DNA of 64,000 nt. It comes from a virus. The position numbers were made by a program, and so were the translations under genes. Location: positions 9,856 through 73,855 of the IMG/VR virus record IMGVR_UViG_3300032322_002570. One strand, given 5' to 3'. The first letter of the stretch is position 1; each line of letters starts with the position of its first letter. The notes under the pieces are model-generated. The model searched no databases, was not told the origin of the DNA, and saw nothing but the letters and a program-made list of their open reading frames with translations. Below, in pieces: positions 56,632 to 64,000 of the stretch.

Positions 56632-56997
56632 ATGGCAACAATCACAATCGCAGGCTCGGTCTGTGGTGGCAAGGACGGCGGCGATGCCGTCACGCTGAAG
56701 ACATTCGACAACGGCAACCAGATCGCGACATTCAGTGTCGCCGACACCGAGTACTTCTACACCAAGAAGGACGAGGAGCGCAAGGGTCAGTTCTACCGCG
56801 TGGAAGTGATCGGCAAGGCTGCCGAGATCGCTACCGACCGGCTGGTGAAGGGCTCCAAGGTGGCGGTGTCCGGCCAGTTCGTGGCACGCGACTACAACGG
56901 CAGCACCTACTACGACGTCAAGAACGCCAGGGTCACCTACCTGGATCCCCGCCCCGAGCAGGGCGCGGATCAACACGACGAGGAAGCCCCCTTCTGA
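56632..56997 (+). CDS. ssb: single-stranded DNA-binding protein
   Basis: OB fold (FSVA, GKAAE, KGSKVAVSG); acidic tail DEEAPF. Confidence 0.9.
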   Translation: MATITIAGSVCGGKDGGDAVTLKTFDNGNQIATFSVADTEYFYTKKDEERKGQFYRVEVIGKAAEIATDRLVKGSKVAVSGQFVARDYNGSTYYDVKNARVTYLDPRPEQGADQHDEEAPF

Positions 56998-57032
56998 TGT
57001 GCTAGGATTGGCCTGCCGTCCACACCAGGCCA

Positions 57033-57368
57033 ATGATCAAGGGTAAGGACCTGAACTTCTTCTTCGAAGAAGCCTCCGGGTCGTTCACAGAGAGCGAGCG
57101 AGATGAGCTCCGTGCCGCCGCGCAGGGAGCCATCTTTTCTATCTGCCGCAACTTCAAGTTCGCAGAAAGCAGCGCCAACGACAACAACGTCTTTGCGATT
57201 GGCGTCAAGGTCAAGTTCGACCGGAGCGAGCCGCAGACCGTGGTGAGCACTGTCGCCAGCGCGACCAAGACCCAGAAGGCGGACGTCGAGATCATCGTCG
57301 ACCGTGAGGACTCCTCTGAAGAGGTGGAGACCAAAGACGACCGCAATCAACTCGGCTTTCTGGACTGA
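57033..57368 (+). CDS. hypothetical protein
   Basis: 111 aa, after TGCTAGGAT. Confidence 0.6.
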   Translation: MIKGKDLNFFFEEASGSFTESERDELRAAAQGAIFSICRNFKFAESSANDNNVFAIGVKVKFDRSEPQTVVSTVASATKTQKADVEIIVDREDSSEEVETKDDRNQLGFLD

Positions 57369-57371
57369 CGC

Positions 57372-57803
57372 ATGGAGGGCTTCGATTCTTTCTCTCAGTT
57401 CGAGGCTATCCCAGGTGCAGTGGGGGCGTTCGTCGACGACTTGCCCCCGCTCACTCATGCGCAGATCAAGCCGTTTGTGATCGCCATCCTGCTCAAGCGT
57501 GGCGGCGTCTCGCCTCACGAGGTCGTCGCCGCAATGAATGCGCACTGCCGCGATGAGGAAACCAAAGAAGGAGGGTGGGACCCGATCGACGAAGATTGGA
57601 CCGAAGGCACCCTGCTCGAGAAGATGGTCGACGAGGTTTTTGGCAAAATGGTCGCCGATGGCGAGCTTGAGTACAGCGAAAAACGTAATACCTGGAAGAT
57701 ATCACCTGGATCTCTTCGTAGCGTGATACAATGGTGCACGTGCATGGGGGCACGGATCCCCGCACACCTCTTCATGGACCTCGGACTGCAGATACACAGA
57801 TGA
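57372..57803 (+). CDS. hypothetical wHTH-like protein
   Basis: 143 aa, coupled to dcd. Confidence 0.55.
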   Translation: MEGFDSFSQFEAIPGAVGAFVDDLPPLTHAQIKPFVIAILLKRGGVSPHEVVAAMNAHCRDEETKEGGWDPIDEDWTEGTLLEKMVDEVFGKMVADGELEYSEKRNTWKISPGSLRSVIQWCTCMGARIPAHLFMDLGLQIHR

Positions 57804-59452
57804 TCTTAAACGACAAGCAGATCGAAGAGTTGTGCTACGACGGAATGATCGAGCCTTGGAGATGCGGTCTTGCTCGCAAAAGCATTGCCGGACGCGGGAT
57901 CTTGTCATACGGCCTTGGCTCGTATGGCTATGACATCAGATTGTCGCCAAAAGAGTTTCGAGTCTTTAAGCGACTGCCCGGGATGATCGTTGACGTCAAG
58001 GCATTCAGCGACGTTAACCTAGAGCAAGTGGCATTGCTATACGACAATTCAGGAGGACCCGCTGACGGCTCCGCTTATTTCATTCTGCCGGCTCACTCCT
58101 ATGGGCTCGGTGTCTCTCTTGAGCGGATCAAGATGCCGAAGGATGTCACGGCGCTGTGCATCGGTAAAAGTACTTACGCCAGGTGCTTCAGTGGGGACAC
58201 TAAGGTCAAGCTTGTCGACGGAGACTATTCGTTCACCGAGCTGATTGAGCGAGCGAACGCCGGGGAAAGGCTGTATGGGTTTGGTGTTCTTGATGGCCGC
58301 ATTGTTATCCAAGAGCTCGTATCGCCTAGGTTTATCGATAATAGCGCCTTGCTAGAGGTTGCGCTTGACAACGGCGAGTTGATCCGATGCACTCCCGATC
58401 ACAAGTTTCTTCTTAAGAACGGCGGCGAAGTAGAGGCCCGGCATCTTGAGTCAGGGGATTCGCTACACGCCATTTACGAGTGGGATGACCACGGCTACCC
58501 GGGGGTGTACGATCCCGTCTTTGCAGCAAGGCTCGGGTCCTCTGGCCGCGACAGAAGAGGAGCCCGCTCTTCTGTCCATCGGATGGTAGCCAGGGACATA
58601 CTTGGAAAAAGCGAAGGCTTTGACGTTCACCATTTGGACGGCAACAAGCGCAATAATCACCCATCCAACCTCGAGTGCATCTCCGCATCCGAGCATGCGC
58701 GAATCCATAACAGAGAAAGCTTGCGGCACCTGCTAGGCGGCCAAGCTAGTGCCGAGAAGTTTGCGACCGACCCCGAACATCGCCAGAAGATCTTGAGCAT
58801 TTTGCACTCTGACGAAAACAAGCAAAAGGCGGCGGAGGCCAGGCGTCCATATCTGCATTCCAGTGAAAATCACAAGCGGCTTTCGATAGCACGCCAAGCG
58901 CGATGGCAGCAAGAGGGAGCAAAGGAGAGACAGTCGCTAGTAGCTAGAAACGGCGTAGGGGCTTTGCGTCGTCGAGATGACATTACCCATGAGGCCTTGG
59001 TAAATGCGCTGCTTGCTACCGGCTCCGTTAGGGGGGCGGCTAGAGTCCTGGACGTAGATAGATCGGCGTTTCGTCGGTTTCCACACATCCTTCAGCGGTT
59101 CAAGGAAGGAAGACTTGCGGAAAATCACAAGGTGAAACAAGTTAGCCCGGTCCCTGGAAAGCACCCGACCTACTGCTTGACCGCTCCGCGAACCGGCAAC
59201 TTTGCGCTTTCCGCTGGTGTATTTGTCAAAAACTGTGGTATCATCGCGAACACTACGCCGATCGAGGCTGGATGGGAGGGTCACATCACTCTCGAGTTCA
59301 GTAACTCTTCCGACGCGGATTGTCGGATCTACGCCTACGAAGGAGTGTGCCAGCTTCTGTTCTTCCGTGGTGAACCATGCCTCACCAGCTACTCCTGCCG
59401 CAGTGGCAAGTACCAAAACCAGGAAGACCGCGTAACCCTTCCGAGGGTTTAA
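57800..59452 (+). CDS. dcd: dCTP deaminase with intein
   Basis: [28 protein letters not shown]|[21 protein letters not shown]. Confidence 0.95.
   Translation: MILNDKQIEELCYDGMIEPWRCGLARKSIAGRGILSYGLGSYGYDIRLSPKEFRVFKRLPGMIVDVKAFSDVNLEQVALLYDNSGGPADGSAYFILPAHSYGLGVSLERIKMPKDVTALCIGKSTYARCFSGDTKVKLVDGDYSFTELIERANAGERLYGFGVLDGRIVIQELVSPRFIDNSALLEVALDNGELIRCTPDHKFLLKNGGEVEARHLESGDSLHAIYEWDDHGYPGVYDPVFAARLGSSGRDRRGARSSVHRMVARDILGKSEGFDVHHLDGNKRNNHPSNLECISASEHARIHNRESLRHLLGGQASAEKFATDPEHRQKILSILHSDENKQKAAEARRPYLHSSENHKRLSIARQARWQQEGAKERQSLVARNGVGALRRRDDITHEALVNALLATGSVRGAARVLDVDRSAFRRFPHILQRFKEGRLAENHKVKQVSPVPGKHPTYCLTAPRTGNFALSAGVFVKNCGIIANTTPIEAGWEGHITLEFSNSSDADCRIYAYEGVCQLLFFRGEPCLTSYSCRSGKYQNQEDRVTLPRV
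58184..59233 (+). mobile_element. intein in Dcd carrying an HNH endonuclease, 350 aa
   Basis: YAR|CFSGDT, CTPDHKF, VHR...[30 protein letters not shown]|CGI. Confidence 0.92.
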
Positions 59453-59480
59453 TTCAATCAATTCCTTATCGAGCATTTTC

Positions 59481-59816
59481 ATGATCAAGAAGCCATTAGG
59501 CATCAGATCTCTCTTCAGCGAAGAGCTTTGCGCCGCGCTTGGCATTTTGGTGGTTCTTAGTACTGTGATCCTAGGGTCGATCGTACTCTACCCGGATGAC
59601 GATGAGGTCTCTGGTGTTGTATCGAGCAGTGGCTACAGCAATGTGGAAGTCCTGGGGTTCGAGCCGTTTCGATGCAGTGAAGACGACATGTTCAGGATCG
59701 GCTTCCGAGCAACCGGCCAGAACGGTGAGCGCGTGCGGGGCGTCTATTGCGGTGCGCCGCTGAAGGGTGCTACAGTCAGGATCATCTCGGTCGAACATGG
59801 AAGCCCTCGGATTTGA
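59481..59816 (+). CDS. membrane-anchored hypothetical protein
   Basis: N-terminal TM; CSEDD..GF.A...G.YC..KG.T.R. Confidence 0.65.
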   Translation: MIKKPLGIRSLFSEELCAALGILVVLSTVILGSIVLYPDDDEVSGVVSSSGYSNVEVLGFEPFRCSEDDMFRIGFRATGQNGERVRGVYCGAPLKGATVRIISVEHGSPRI

Positions 59817-59970
59817 CCCAACACCGTTCGTAGCCATACCCTGGACCGTCGTGACTGTGTTTTCCGTTCTGGGATCGGCCGTCGCTGTCTGGCTGATCAC
59901 GTGCTTACTGATCCTGGGGATTGGCGCATTCCGCTACCTAGTACTGCTTTTGATCGGGAAAGAAAAATGA
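59797..59970 (+). CDS. small membrane protein
   Basis: Hydrophobic 57-aa ORF. Confidence 0.5.
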   Translation: MEALGFDPTPFVAIPWTVVTVFSVLGSAVAVWLITCLLILGIGAFRYLVLLLIGKEK

Positions 59971-60479
59971 AGCCAATTGTGATTAAAGCCAAGATCAGAC
60001 CGACAAAAGCTCAGGCGGGAGAGCTGAAAGGCCTTGTTGGCAAAGATATGAATGGCGGAGTTGATGTAGCAAGCAGATCCTATCTGCCTGATCATGCACA
60101 GTTCAGGGAGCGCGTATTATCTGCCTTGAGGGAAAAGGGGTGGGACTATTCTAATCGGCGTACTCCTTACGGCAATGAGGACATAACGTTGGCCGGTGGT
60201 TCAATCATGCCGCATGATGACCCTGGCTGGGGCGCGGTCGCCATTCTACCACTCGCCTTCAGCGGTGGTTATCTCGGTCATCCGCGCATCAAAGAGCTTG
60301 GTATTGATGCGGATGAAGAGTTCTCACTGGTGACCAAGCACGGCTGGGTCATTGGCAGGACTGGCGACATCATCATCTTTAACGCGGATGTCTGGCATGC
60401 CTGGGTCTGCAACCGCTGCTGCGCGATGTACAGTTTGACAGTCAAGAGGCTGCGAAAGCGCAAGACTGCGCGGCCATGA
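59967..60479 (+). CDS. putative 2OG-Fe(II)/cupin-fold dioxygenase
   Basis: PHDD (HxD) ... GDIIIFNADVWH. Confidence 0.55.
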   Translation: MKPIVIKAKIRPTKAQAGELKGLVGKDMNGGVDVASRSYLPDHAQFRERVLSALREKGWDYSNRRTPYGNEDITLAGGSIMPHDDPGWGAVAILPLAFSGGYLGHPRIKELGIDADEEFSLVTKHGWVIGRTGDIIIFNADVWHAWVCNRCCAMYSLTVKRLRKRKTARP

Positions 60480-60501
60480 AAAAGCGGGCCCGGAGGCCCG
60501 C
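60479..60501 (-). terminator. intrinsic terminator after the major capsid gene
   Basis: GCGGGCC-TCCG-GGCCCGC followed by TTTTT. Confidence 0.8.
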
Positions 60502-60527
60502 CTTGTGTGCTAGAGTCAAGCTCCAGG

Positions 60528-61436
60528 TCAGGGATTGTCGGTCGCGTCGACGTTGGTCACGCGAGCGGCAGCACGGCCATTCACCAGGGCCATCCCGCAG
60601 TACCACTCAACCCGGGTCACCAGGCTGGGCACGTCGTGGGATTCACCCAGGTCGCGGACGGAAGGCCCGCCATTCTGGATGCCGGTCAGGAGCTCGTTGC
60701 CGAACGCCACCACGTACAGGGACTGGTCGGCGGGATCGCTATCCAGGATCGGAGCGTTCTTGTGGTCGCGGTCGAACTCGATGATCGGCAGGCCGGCATA
60801 AGCGGTCTGCTGATAGCCGAACTCGGTGCGGCTGATGTCGATCTGACCGCTCTCGCGAGCCAGGGCGGTGATGTGGCGACGGGCGCTCTTGGAGGCGCAG
60901 ATCACCTTGCGGCCACCCTGGGCATCAACGGCGTCGATCGCCTCGTCCAGTACGCCCAGGTCGAGGCGGTCGGCGGTTGGGGCGTTCCGGAGGATCTGGG
61001 AGTGGGTGGCGTAGTCGGCCGCGGGCAGGCGCGTGGCCAGGCCGTCGAACTCAGCGGCGCTGGAGTTGGAGTCGCCGTGGATGAACAGGGCCTCGAAGGC
61101 GAGACGCATGGCACGCACCTTGGACTGCACCTGATAGGCGCGGGCCTGAGGGCCTTCCAGGTCGACGATGGCGCGGTCCACGCGGATGTCACCACCGAAG
61201 AGCTTCAGCGCTTCGCTGTACTGCTTCACGTTGGCATAGCTCTCGGTGTAGCCGTCGTTGAACCGACGGAACCCGACGTCGCCGAGGCCTTCTTCACGCT
61301 TCCAGAACAGGCCGCTGCCCTGGACTTCGCGGAAGGGGAGAATGGACAGGAGGGGACCCGCAGCAAGCTCGGTTACGACAGCGAGCTCCTGGGGGGTACG
61401 GGAGTGCTTACGAGCCTCCGCAAGAGAAAGTCCCAT
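60528..61436 (-). CDS. major capsid protein (HK97-like)
   Basis: LPF..V.G, FRRFNDGY, GGDIRVDR, EFDGL, RVEWYCG; downstream of scaffold, followed by a terminator. Confidence 0.85.
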   Translation of the reverse strand: MGLSLAEARKHSRTPQELAVVTELAAGPLLSILPFREVQGSGLFWKREEGLGDVGFRRFNDGYTESYANVKQYSEALKLFGGDIRVDRAIVDLEGPQARAYQVQSKVRAMRLAFEALFIHGDSNSSAAEFDGLATRLPAADYATHSQILRNAPTADRLDLGVLDEAIDAVDAQGGRKVICASKSARRHITALARESGQIDISRTEFGYQQTAYAGLPIIEFDRDHKNAPILDSDPADQSLYVVAFGNELLTGIQNGGPSVRDLGESHDVPSLVTRVEWYCGMALVNGRAAARVTNVDATDNP

Positions 61437-61555
61437 GATGGTAGGGGTGAAAGACTGGAAAAGGAAAGGATTGACCGACCAGGCATCTCGCCACTTTCGG
61501 CTTGGCCCCTCCCCGCCAAGTCATCACGACTAGACCAGGGCTGGGTTCTCAGTCC

Positions 61556-61564
61556 TAGTGTTCC
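61556..61564 (-). promoter_or_regulatory. late promoter-like motif GGAACACTA (representative of about 12 copies)
   Basis: Same or near-identical motif upstream of portal, nrdJ, terS, scaffold and five or more structural genes. Confidence 0.7.
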
Positions 61565-61623
61565 AATCCATACAGAAAAACCCGCATTTCTGCGAGTTTG
61601 ATATGAACAAGTTGCGCGACTTG

Positions 61624-62382
61624 TCAGGAGAAGGCAGCCTCGAACATCTCGTCGGGTGACTTGCTCATCAGGTCATCGGCGGACACGCCGTCGATACCGG
61701 ATGCGCCCAGTCCCAGGCCAGCGCCGGAGCCCTTCGAGCCACGGAAGAACGTCCCGTAGATGGGGTGCTTCTTGTAGCCGGCGATGTAGTCCACCGGGTC
61801 GATGCGTTTGCCGGTATCGGGGTCCATCACGGGGTTGCCGTCGCGATCGATCACGGTGACGGTACCGTTGGCCTCAAGTCGGAACTCGGCGCCAATGCGG
61901 TCAGCCATCATGTCGAAGAACGACACGCCGTCCTGGGAGTCGGGGCGCCCCTCAGCGGCGATGAACACCTTCTCCAGGGCGTACCTCTTGCGGAACTCCT
62001 GGAGCTGACGCTGGTGCGCCTCGGCCTCTTGCTTCGCCTGACGGGCCTGGGCGCCGTACTTCTCCTCGAGCAGGGCGGTCCGCTCTTCGGCAGCCTGCCG
62101 TTCGCGCTCGGCGATGGCGGCCTCCTCCTGGAGTCGGCGATACTCCTCGGGGTTTATCTCCTTGAACTTCTCGAGAGCACGCTTCTGCTCCTGAAGTTCT
62201 TTTTCGTAGGTCTTGCGGGATTCGCGCTCAGCGCGGAGAGCACGCAGCAGGTTGTCGACCTCAGCCTTGGGGATCATCCCCTCGGGGATCTGCTGTTCTT
62301 GGCTTTCACCGTTGGGGGCTTCGCCCTCACCGGACTGTTCGCCTTCGCCAGGAGTCACTCCTGGCAGAATTTCATCAGGCAT
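61624..62382 (-). CDS. capsid scaffolding protein
   Basis: Acidic N-terminus, long coiled coil (ALRAERE, LLEEKY), GSGAG C-terminus; upstream of MCP. Confidence 0.75.
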   Translation of the reverse strand: MPDEILPGVTPGEGEQSGEGEAPNGESQEQQIPEGMIPKAEVDNLLRALRAERESRKTYEKELQEQKRALEKFKEINPEEYRRLQEEAAIAERERQAAEERTALLEEKYGAQARQAKQEAEAHQRQLQEFRKRYALEKVFIAAEGRPDSQDGVSFFDMMADRIGAEFRLEANGTVTVIDRDGNPVMDPDTGKRIDPVDYIAGYKKHPIYGTFFRGSKGSGAGLGLGASGIDGVSADDLMSKSPDEMFEAAFS

Positions 62383-62670
62383 GGATTCCAGAGCATCTCG
62401 CCCTGATTGAATTGCCCGATAGTGTTCCTATCGGGCTGCCTTAACCGCTTTCCGGATCTGCTGGTCTGCGATACGCTTGTACATCCCCCTGTCGAGATAG
62501 GCGGATCTGTTGACTTGAGTCTGGAGCTGATTCTTATCAATCAGCCTATACGTGTTGTCTGACGGCCCTTGTTCCACTGCGGCTAATCTTGCAAGTCTAG
62601 GATACCTGTGCGGAAAGCAGGGCCTGGCTCACACGCTTTGACGTGAGGATGGCGGGGGTTAAGAGGGTGG

Positions 62671-63957
62671 TCATAGGTTCATGCCTAGGCTTGCGTAGAA
62701 GGGGCGCCAGTCTTCGCCAAAGTCAAATGCCGTCATTGGGTAGTAGTCGCCGTCTACTGTTGCCGGTATCGGCCTAGGCCTAAGCACATGGGTCGGGGCT
62801 CCAGACACGATTTGATTGATGTATTGCCCGCTCTGGACAATTGCCTTGTATTGATTTGGTTTCTGAAAGTAAGGTGCCCAAGTCGGGAATAGCTGTTTGC
62901 TCTGCAGCAGGGGGATCCAGTCCAACTGGCTTCCAGGCGCGGCAGCGGCCTGCGCTGCGCTGGTTAGCGACTGGACGACGTCTTTGCGGAGTATTACTGG
63001 CGTTGCCCCGGTGGCAGGATTGCGGCCTAGTGGCTCGTTCTGATTGTCCTCCTGCGGATAAGCTAGGTATGAATAGAACTGAGCACTAGACAGATATAAC
63101 TCCGAAGACCCTGGCACGGGAACCCCAAGGCTTGCGTAAAACGCATTTTGATAGTGCGTTGCAATCCATTTGATGTGGTCTACAAGTCCTGGGGTTACAG
63201 GTACAAGCCTAGCTTGTGCGCTGTCAATTAGGACAGCCTGCCTGTAGATGCCGCGCCAGCGGGTGGCAGTGTGCAGGTTTGTAGAATTGTCATAACTCGT
63301 TATTGTCCAACCTGTTACCATCCACGGGTCGGCGGTCCCTTCTTCGACTGCTCCCTTCGGCACCTGTGCGCTAATCTCATGTGTGCTAGTCTTGTAAAAC
63401 TCTGAGCCGCCATTTATTCCGTATCCCAGGATAAGTATTAGCAGTTTGTCTTTGTAGACTGGCATTATTAAATCTCCTTCATAGTCATCGAATGCAGTAT
63501 TTGCAAAGTCTGCGCTGCGGTTGATTGTCGCCCTGCTTGAAAAGCTGTGACTGGCGCCGAAATACTCAAATCTTACGGTGTAAGGTCCGCTGTTGCCATA
63601 GGTGACGGGGCCGGGCTGTTCATCAACTGCTCCATAAATGCGTCTCCATCCGAGTGCCCAGTCAAGGCCGGTTACCCTAATAGGCTGATTCAGCCGCCGA
63701 GGGTGAGGGTCGCTTCCTCTGATCTTGGGATCCTTTCTGCCATTCCAGTCGCTGTCGGCGCGACTCCTGCGGTAGGGTGACCTATTGTCCGGTGCAGGCC
63801 GCGACAGCCGGCTCTTTGAGGCGGTCTTGGTGGCGCGATAGGGCCGGCCGATCTTCCTCTTCCTGGCCTCGAGCGCTCTCTGTTCAGAGCGTCGCTGGGC
63901 CTCCCTGAGCTTCCTGGCTTTCTCCATTAGGTCGTCGCCAGGGCGAAATAGTGACAT
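62671..63957 (-). CDS. hypothetical (probably virion) protein
   Basis: 428-aa ORF with basic N-terminus. Confidence 0.55.
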   Translation of the reverse strand: MSLFRPGDDLMEKARKLREAQRRSEQRALEARKRKIGRPYRATKTASKSRLSRPAPDNRSPYRRSRADSDWNGRKDPKIRGSDPHPRRLNQPIRVTGLDWALGWRRIYGAVDEQPGPVTYGNSGPYTVRFEYFGASHSFSSRATINRSADFANTAFDDYEGDLIMPVYKDKLLILILGYGINGGSEFYKTSTHEISAQVPKGAVEEGTADPWMVTGWTITSYDNSTNLHTATRWRGIYRQAVLIDSAQARLVPVTPGLVDHIKWIATHYQNAFYASLGVPVPGSSELYLSSAQFYSYLAYPQEDNQNEPLGRNPATGATPVILRKDVVQSLTSAAQAAAAPGSQLDWIPLLQSKQLFPTWAPYFQKPNQYKAIVQSGQYINQIVSGAPTHVLRPRPIPATVDGDYYPMTAFDFGEDWRPFYASLGMNL

Positions 63958-64000
63958 GCCTTAGAATCCTATCTCGAGCGTCAGACTGTAAGACTGCACG

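Noticed and set aside
60507-61601. 364-aa + strand ORF
   Set aside because: Antisense shadow of the strongly codon-biased major capsid gene; no recognisable motifs
1-64000. Alternative genetic code or stop-codon recoding
   Set aside because: Core genes (terL, portal, MCP, nrdJ, primase) are intact under the standard code and the only tRNA is not a suppressor

Overview
A 64 kb segment of a GC-rich tailed dsDNA phage genome, most likely a cyanophage. This host call is inferred from the cyanobacterial-type ThyX, Dcd, class II RNR, DEDDh exonuclease, an NblA-like ORF and a small cyanophage-type PNWQKHSKK ORF. Head and packaging genes (portal, terminase, scaffold, major capsid) are unusually dispersed. 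A + strand virion and lysis block spans about 33-48 kb. Replication and recombination genes include primase, a DnaB-like helicase, SSB, Sak-like, RecE-like and RusA. The window also holds two sigma factors, nucleotide metabolism genes carrying three inteins, an RNA repair cassette and tRNA-Ile(UAU). No integrase or DNA polymerase was recognised. The most notable observations are: (i) a translationally coupled cellulose-synthase-like GT2 plus outer-membrane beta-barrel pair; (ii) a DUF1800/DUF1501 pair fused to Ig-like and DUF4082 domains inside the virion module; (iii) two diverged, inverted copies of a roughly 130-200 bp non-coding element with a covarying hairpin at the two divergent-transcription junctions; (iv) a candidate structured ncRNA behind the tRNA; (v) a GGAANACTA late-promoter motif and C-GWGAT-G hairpins in the capsid and scaffold leaders. 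All protein calls come from motif recognition by eye; no database searches were run.
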